Shown in pieces: positions 56,332-64,000 of a DNA stretch of 64,000 nucleotides. The stretch covers positions 17,236,001-17,300,000 of the forward strand of contig OZ249446.1 in NCBI GenBank assembly GCA_965235115.1. Direction: 5' to 3'. A model generated the notes under the pieces. The model was not told the DNA's origin and did not search any database. It worked only from the letters and a program-made list of their open reading frames with translations. Position 1 is the first letter of the stretch. Each line of letters begins with the position of its first letter. Origin of the DNA: Laetmonice hystrix. Its lineage: Eukaryota. The position numbers and the translations under genes were made by a program.

Positions 56332-59300
56332 ATGGCGGAGTTGATAGCCGCAGCCACAGACGGGGACATTTCGCGGGTGGTCGGTTTGCTGAAGACGGGG
56401 GCTGACCCAGACGGCACGAACAACCACTCGGAGACGGCGCTGTTCTGGGCGGCCTGTTTTGGTCACTCAGACGTCTGCTACGTCCTCCTGAAGCATGGCG
56501 CCACCGTCGACACGTCAAACGCGTGTGGCCTGACGGCGCTACACGCCGCCGCCGACAGCGGCCATGCCGGATGCATCCGGGTCCTGATCGGAAGGTGAGT
56601 AGTGCGACAACTGGCAGGGCAGGGTCAATACCACTTCTCGAGAATACGCAATCCCTAACAGAACTCCTCACTCCGGGCGAGCTAGGGGCACATATCATTA
56701 AGAATATGGAGTTCTATCGATTTAAAAGGGTCCCTGCTGTTCAGAAAAAAGGGGCCCTTAGGCTCGTGGTGAGGGATTTTAGGGTTCGGCACACTGATTT
56801 GTGCATCTTTTCAGTGGCTTTAACCTTCAAAGCTATAACCCCAGTCTTTAAAGAGTAACCAGATTACCCCACCCTACTTTGCATTTTTTTCATTGGTTTC
56901 TTTCATGAGGGGCCAATGCACTCTATGTGATACGATTTTTCTTTCATCAAAAATATTAAAATAATGCGATTTGTAGTGAATAACTGAACATGACCACGTG
57001 GTCTCCTTCAAAACCGGGTTGCAGCGCCACCTTCCGTCTGTGACGTCATAACATGAATCACAGCCACGGGACGTAGTTAGGCTAGGCCTAAAAACATGGA
57101 CAAGTACACGGGTTTTTCGAAAGTTTCCTCAGTCTTAGCTGACATGACTGATTCTGGGAATGATTGTGAGGGTGACGGTGTTGGTGTCACCATCGGTTAC
57201 CAGTTTTAGCAGTATGATCGAGTCATCAGCGAGCGAGGATGAAGGGGGAGATGCTGGCGAGCAACCGGAGCCCACGGTCAGGGGCGGATCCAGAGGGGTC
57301 GTTGCCGGAGGGCGGCACCAGCTTTTGCCGGGGAGGGGGGGGGGGGCGGGCCAACGCCAGAGGCCTAATTTTCTGGGAAATAAGAAGGGGGTTCTCAGTT
57401 TTGCCGGGGGGGGGGCGTACCCCAATGCTGCCCAGTTGGATCCGCCACTGACGGTCTCAGTCTAACCACTAAGAATGGAGGACTTCGTCTTACATTTAAT
57501 AAGATGCTATTGAACTTGGCAAAGAAAACAGACCTAGGTCGAATGCCCGTCATTTCGTAAAATTCTGAGACTGAGCTCTGCTATGCAGTGACCTAACCCC
57601 AAGCAGGCCTAGATCTATTCTGATGGGGCTGACGTTGGTGGCCAGAATAGATTCATGTTATGACGTCACGCACACGAGATGGCGCTGTATGTACTTTTTC
57701 TAACAGACGCTTCTCTCCCACTGTCTTTATGGTATTTCAGCAAGCGACAGAAAAAAGAAGACTTCATTTGTGTGTATCTCCTTCACTGAAGGAATGTTAG
57801 AAACAATTAAAAACACATATCTAGTCTTGAAACACGTAATTTTTAGCGATCTGGTTACTCTTTAACTGTTTGACCATTGCTTTCAGTGGGGCCGACCCGA
57901 ACAGTAGGAACACCAACCTCAGTACGCCACTCCACCTGGCGGCCTACCGCGGTAATGGTGACGTGTGCAAACTGCTACTGGCTTCTGGTTCGTCCCTTGG
58001 CGTTCTCAACAACTGCGGGAAATCTCCTGTTCAGGAGGCGGAGAGCCAGGGTCATCACGCCGTCGTTCAAGAGATCGGCAAGTGGTTAGAGTTACAAAGT
58101 AAGAACGACTCAAAACATTTAGAATTCAATTTCATACATACCATGCACTTAATCTATGTCATGATCACGAAAACATAGTCGGAATTTACTCATGGATAAT
58201 ACGAAACTCCGAGCTCTAAAATTAGTCTAATTGGGCTTGTCTTTTTTTTTGTTTACATACGTACATTAACAGGGATGCCAGTTGGCTATGGTAAAATTTC
58301 CTGAAATATTTTGGGGGGCCCTAAAAGTCACAAACCATACATTTTAACACTAGAACATAGGTTGATTTTGGCATGTTTATGCTGGAAGCACATGTTTAAA
58401 CAACTTAAACCTAAAACTAAGAATTTTTTTTTACCTATGTGGAATATTTCAGAGGGAGCTGAAGAATGACGGTTTTTCCTTATTCATGTCCTTCAGTGAC
58501 TATGATAATCACGTGGAACACACGTCGGAGGATACCCTAAATATCCCAGCTATTACCGGATAACCACCCACTCAAGCAAGGTTGGCTTCAGTCAGACCTA
58601 ATCTGCGTAACCGTACATTGCACGGCGATTACGGAATTAGTACCAAAAATTTACAAAATTAAAAAATGTTTCCCACCAATATATAGCCTCTAATGAATAA
58701 TCTAGTAAGATATGAGATGTGTTCAAACATATTCACAGTGAAATATTTTCATGATATTTATTGAAAATATTTTAAATATTTTTTCAAAATTACCGGTTTC
58801 AAATTGCCATACTGGTCCATCCCGATTATTAGTTTTATTGGTAGCAACATCCCGGCCCGCAGTAAACGTTTTAAAATATTTATTCTGCGAATATCCACCA
58901 ATCAGAGAAGAGAATTTGCTTGGCATTTTGCCCTTACAGCAAAAGTGTGGTTCCTGAAAAAATACCACAAACACCGCAGATTTCCTACACGCTGCCGAGC
59001 AGCGCTGACCGGACGCGACCAGAGATACGCGGCCTTACGGTGCCTGCTCACGGGCGCACGGCCCGGCTGCCGAGCAGCGCTGACTGAACGTGGCCAGAGA
59101 TACACGGCCTTACGGTGCCTGCTCACGGGCGCACGGCCCGGCTCGCGGTCGTATGCATGCAGGGCCCTTGCCGGCAGCCCTGACGGGAGGCAGGCGGGTA
59201 GACACGGTCAACACACAATACATGTTTAACATGAAAAAAAGATTAAGAATCTACTTTATGGCAGGAAACATTATACCTGTACTGTAGCTGTAGGGCCAGG

Positions 59301-60177
59301 GGGAATGAATATGAAAATGCCTAAAATTAGGAAAAATTGATTTAAAAAACGGAAAATAGACTAGACTCTACAGGAAAAAATATTTAAAAAATCAAAAACT
59401 GAAAATTCCTGAAATCAGGAAATTTACTACAAACTGGCATCCCTGCATTAAATCAAACAGAAATGTAGATTTATGACTCCACTGCTAACCCTTAATGGAT
59501 GCGAAACACGCCACATTAAATACTTTTTTCAAGGGCATTTGCAAGATTCGGGTAAAGGTCAAACCCGCGAAGCGGAGCACCTCTGTACGGGCACGCGAGA
59601 CCGTCACGCGCACCTCACGACCACGTTTACCGAACCAATCCACCGGTTAGACAGCGGTCTGAGCAGCTACCGAAACTTCTCCCTCAGCCTGCCACCTGCA
59701 GCAAGTCCAGCCCCCGCCCAGACAGTGACCTGCCGGCGTGCGCCGTCCGAACAGAACGACACGGACTCCACAGACGACGTCAACTCTCGCGAGACGTACT
59801 CACAGGGCGTCAACTCTTGCGAGACGTTCAATGAACATAGCGAAAAGCGAGTAACCGGAAATGCTCCGCCAACGCAATGCCGGTACAAGACCGGAAGTGT
59901 GACGACGTCTCGCGAGAATGTCACAAAAGCGCGAAATGTGAGCGAGAACCTGAATGAAAAAAGGTCCCGAACGAGAGATAGTGACCAATACGCTATCGAA
60001 CTAAAAGAGGCGAAGTGCAACGTTAAGAAACTTTCCAGGAGAGTGGTTGTGTTAGAGGAGTATATAGAAACGTTGCAGATGGAGTTGGTCAGGTGGATGG
60101 AAAAAAGTGGAGATTTGGAGAGAGAGAACACGACGTTACGACTCACACTTGGGAGACCCCAACGGTCACCTCCTTGA
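56332..60177 (+). CDS. Ankyrin-repeat (4-5 ANK) protein with a disordered linker and C-terminal coiled coil, 3 exons, 372 aa
   Basis: Exons 56332-56594 (Kozak CAAAATGGCG; TALFWAA, TALHAAA; donor AG|GTGAGT), 57887-58098 (TPLHLAAYRG, KSPVQEA; donor A|GTAAGA) and 59534-60177 (Ser/Thr-rich linker; heptads YAIELKEAKCNVKKLSRRVVVLEEYIETLQMEL...LERENTTLRL). Phases 2 and 1 match, total 1119 nt. Confidence 0.88.
57279..57450. mobile_element. hAT-like MITE with 5-bp TSD ACGGT
   Basis: TIRs CAGGGGCGGATCC and GGATCCGCCACTG. ACGGT at 57274-57278 and 57451-57455. Confidence 0.92.
58270..59445. mobile_element. 1.18-kb non-autonomous hAT-like element with a perfect 6-bp TSD CATTAA and an internal 2x75-bp GC-rich repeat (58991-59140)
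   Basis: TIRs CAGGGATGCCAGTT...GTAAAATTTCCTGA and TCAGGAAATTTAC...AACTGGCATCCCTG. CATTAA at 58264-58269 and 59446-59451. Confidence 0.85.
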
Positions 60178-61655
60178 CCTGGCTGGTCTTTGGTGACCTC
60201 ACGCGAGATAAGACTGACGATGGCTTGTAAACACTTCCTGAATGCATACTCTTCTTGCCAACTGTGTAGTATGGGGCACAACATGATTGTCCTGAATGCA
60301 CGCTTATTTGCCATATTTATAATAAATGTTTGTTAAGACGAATCATTTATGTCTGCATTTTCTTAATTCAAAGTAGACAGAAGGAATCCTGCTCCATTAT
60401 TCTGCCGTGAAATGACAAAAGGAAGCAAGTCCAAAAGTTCAAGTTTCGAGAAATGGACATAAACAAGTTGTCTCTACAGTGCAGTTGGATGGACATGCTT
60501 CCTTCTGTCATGTGACTGATAGCTTCATAGAAGGATGTTTAGCAGAAATACACCCATTGATAGATAGGACTTACTTCCCTGAATCCAAATTTACACTTCA
60601 GTCGATTTTCATGAAAGTTGGACTTGCTTCCTTTTTGTTATTGCACGGCAGTATTGACGTGCATCAGATCTAACGCGATTAAATTTGAGTGTTCCGAGGT
60701 AGAAATTAGTATAATCTTCCGACCATTACTGCTCCCTTTCGCATAAGGTCTCGCCCTCAAACTTACTCCGACACCGCCACATCCCTCTAAGGCTTTGGTG
60801 GTGAGGGACAATCGACGGCCCTCCCCCCAAAACATCTCAGGGGCGGCCCCATTGGTGCAAGTCTGTATTGTGACACAGTTACTTGTTCAGCCATAAAACG
60901 ACACAATCGGCCAGCCATCTGGCGGCAAACGTTAGAACTAAGGTCTGGCCCTCGCTGCCTACACGAGGACATCAAGACGATTATCCACAACCGAGACAGG
61001 CGCCATAACCAAGGTCAGGACTTGTGTTGATCCTGGTTAGCGGTGTACCTGATCCAAAACATTGACTGGGTGAGGGGGGGAGGGGTGTTGTGGGGTGCCA
61101 AGAGGGGTTTGTGGGTGCCGGGGAGAGGTTTTTTTTTATGTTTGCGGTTTGCAACTTTCAAGCAGAAAAAAAGAAAATCTACTTCGTAACCTCCGTACCC
61201 CCATCCGCCAGTGGCTTCTCATGGTAACCGATAGGTGGTGCTGGTGTGTAAGTGAGGCAGTCTTTCTCATCATTACCCCCAACGGGTCGAATAGAGGGTC
61301 TTGACGTATTCGTAATGTAATGTCTAACGACACCTGGATGAGGGTTCTGCGGCCGACTATAGGGCTTGGATTTCCCTTGCGACGGCCATGCGATTTTAGA
61401 TTTAATGGTAGATTTTTACTCTGATATCTTCCCTGGCTGGCCTCCCCTGTTTAAAGGAACACTCTTCTCCTGCTTATTGAGTTATCAGATGTTAACTTGA
61501 TAGTACTAGAGCCCGTCTATACCATATTCATATTTTTAGGCTGCCCTTGTAATTAATGATTATTAATCAAAAACGGGACTTAGTAGTTGATAGTCTTTTC
61601 GCCATCTTGCAAAAAGGACACATGCTGACGCCTTGCGGAAATCTACAGAACTATA

Positions 61656-61670
61656 GCTGCCACCTGGCAA
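61656..61670 (-). promoter_or_regulatory. CTCF-like motif
   Basis: Minus strand reads TTGCCAGGTGGCAGC. Confidence 0.45.
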
Positions 61671-63069
61671 AATGCTGGTAGTGACGTCACGAAGGGACAA
61701 CAACTTTGGTAGGCCTAGGCCTACAGCGTAGACTGAAGGCGTAGACTAGCTAAACTTACCGCGAGTTTGGCCCACAACAAGGAGTATTCCAGGACTTTGT
61801 GCGGCAGTGGGGTTGTAACAACCGTAACTGGATTAAGAATTTGGATCAACAAAGGAGCTTTCATGCTTTCCCCTCTAAAATAAAACCTGTAGGCTGTATA
61901 ATTCTGAAGAGGTGGGTGCACAACAATACATGCGTCGAGGTAGGCCTAAGGCTAAGCTAAGGCTAAGCTAAAGTAAAGTGGATTTGTTCCAACAGCGATC
62001 CACCCGCATAGTGTGAATGTCTCGATTTTTTTCTGTGACTAACTAAACTTGTCAGTCTTAAACTTCTACCTAACTGATTAGGCCTAGACTCCGTTTCTGC
62101 TGTGACTAGAGTCGAGAGTGCAGTCTAGTGACTATAGTCTAGGCCCCGTAGATCTATAATCTCATTCTAGTAGGCTATTTCTACTGTCCAGTCACCAGTG
62201 CAGTGGCAGTGATTAGTAAATTGGCTGAAGGAGGGGGCAAACGGCCCATTATACCACCAATTTACACTTTGAAAATTCTGAGGGGTGGGGGAGTATTTAC
62301 CAAAGACCGGTTTTCCAAGACAGCCCGTGGGCGTGACCGGCCTGTACTGTAGCAGGCCTACTGTAGCAAGCCGCCCCCGCCAACTCCGTCGCCAAGCTGC
62401 ACGCCGGGCTCAGCAGGCACTGAGTGAGCCGAGGACAGACACCCATACCAAGGCCATTGGGGGGGGGGGGGGGGTGATCCAGGATTTTGCATAAAAAAAT
62501 AATTTTGCAAGGGGGGGGGGCTTGATCTAGCTAGGTGCGCCGTAGTCTGACATAGACACACTGCAAAATGATAACCCTCAGCCTGGACCGGCTGGAGTCA
62601 GCCGGGGGGGGGCTTAGCCTACTACTAGTAGCCTACTGCTACTGCTGCCCCCCCCCCCCCCTCAGAAATTTCTAGATACGGCCCTACATACGTGTAGGGC
62701 CTACCTCCATAGCTTATATTATCTTGGAAACCGGCTAGGGCATATTTTCGACCTACTTCCTTAGGCTAATGCTATGGGTATGGCTATGTCTATGGATGAT
62801 GGATGTAGCCGGGGGAGGGGGCGGGGGTTCCGAGGGTTCTGACGAACCCCTCTCACTTTTGTGGGCCACTATTAAAATAAATACACTATAGAACTAGATA
62901 TCATTGCCGAAACTTATTTAACAGGTCCCTATTTAAACTATCAGGTCGCTACATGAGCAGACCGCCTACTTGTCAACACTTGTTTTTAAACGAGGGCCGA
63001 GGCATATCCAGGGCTGAGTGAGTCCCTTCGTTACGTAGTCAAAGATGTAGCCAAGTAATTTCTATTATT

Positions 63070-63084
63070 GCCGCAAGAGGGCGC
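63070..63084 (+). promoter_or_regulatory. CTCF-like motif
   Basis: GCCGCAAGAGGGCGC. Confidence 0.45.
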
Positions 63085-63614
63085 GCGGTGCGCCAATGGC
63101 GGCGACTATGAATCTGCATTAAAGTTCTTTTTGACAATATAATATAAACTGTTTGATGTTAAAAAAATAACATGGGTTGTAGAATTATGCCTTCTTCAAT
63201 TCTAAATATGATTTAGCTCGAGAAAAGCATTCCTTTAAGGAAATGGGTTACATCTTTTAATCCCAAAACCACAGTGAAATAAAAGGGTGATGTCAAAATC
63301 GCATGGACGTCGCAAGGAAAATTCCCTTCGTGGATCATACAATGGGCTGTGTCTTTAATGCATATCATATCCATTGTTATACATAAATGATTTTGCGCCT
63401 GAATACCTTCGTTACAACTTACTTAAAGGTGCTATTCGTGAAAAAAAAAATCATTTTTTTTATTTTTAATTTTGTTGACGTTTATGTGATCCCACCTATC
63501 ATGGAAATAGATTCACAACAAAGGAAATCAAAATTTTTCATGGATAACGGCACAAATGGGGCTCTCTCAGAAGGCCTGTGGAGACCCTGACACGCCCCAC
63601 CATAGGAAATGGCT

Positions 63615-63638
63615 CTATCTCGGTGCGCACCGAGATAG
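63615..63638. repeat. Perfect 24-bp palindrome
   Basis: CTATCTCGGTGC|GCACCGAGATAG. Confidence 0.9.
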
Positions 63639-64000
63639 GTTTCAAATGCTGCACACAAACTAATAGAAGGTTTATCAGGCCAATGGTATCGGTAGGAATT
63701 TTTTCTAGTACTATGTGCACAATGTATGATAGGAGAAATGCCATTCTGTGCGAGACGAATAGCACCTTCGGCTACACTGATATCAGCGCCACCTGGATTA
63801 TACTACATACGTCCTGCCGTGGGGCGCGGTCAGCAGAGCTGTTGTCACATTACAGTCTGCCTTGTCACAGACCGGACCAGCTGACTGAATGCTGACCGGC
63901 TTACAGCCTTCAAACACCACGTCAGCAGACTGTTGCCTAGCAGTGCACGCGGCGCCGCGTGCGTTCCGCGTGCGCACGTGCCCAGCGTTCCGCCGTGCTG

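Noticed and set aside
59667-60314. 215-aa minus-strand ORF
   Set aside because: It is the antisense shadow of exon 3 of the ANK-coiled-coil gene.

Overview
This is eukaryotic (bilaterian animal) genomic DNA with spliceosomal introns, probably from a marine invertebrate. Lustrin-type and Kunitz domains and a V/Meta-type SINE fit a mollusc or other lophotrochozoan, but the taxon cannot be fixed from this window. I found no rRNA, true tRNA or CRISPR. By hand I reconstructed six protein-coding genes: (1) an 11-exon lysosomal-type histidine acid phosphatase (ACP2-like, minus strand, 3927-21278); (2) nested antisense in its intron 8, an intronless 735-aa secreted Gly/Tyr/Asp/Lys/His-rich repeat protein (8002-10209); (3) an ankyrin-repeat protein (minus, 25518-27997); (4) an Apaf-1-like CARD + coiled-coil + Bcl-2 fusion (minus, 35883-38823) with two paralogous alternative last exons, only one encoding a membrane anchor; (5) a secreted Kunitz + Thr-rich mucin + 2x lustrin-type Cys-domain protein (minus, about 41030-45311) directly downstream of a same-strand Gypsy LTR; (6) a 3-exon ankyrin + coiled-coil protein (plus, 56332-60177). 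The rest is minisatellites, a SINE, a decayed Academ-like transposase and many MITEs, several with 5- or 6-bp target-site duplications. The most promising candidate for a novel system is the CARD-Bcl-2 fusion with switchable tail exons. Exon coordinates were read manually, and novelty claims need database searches that I could not run.
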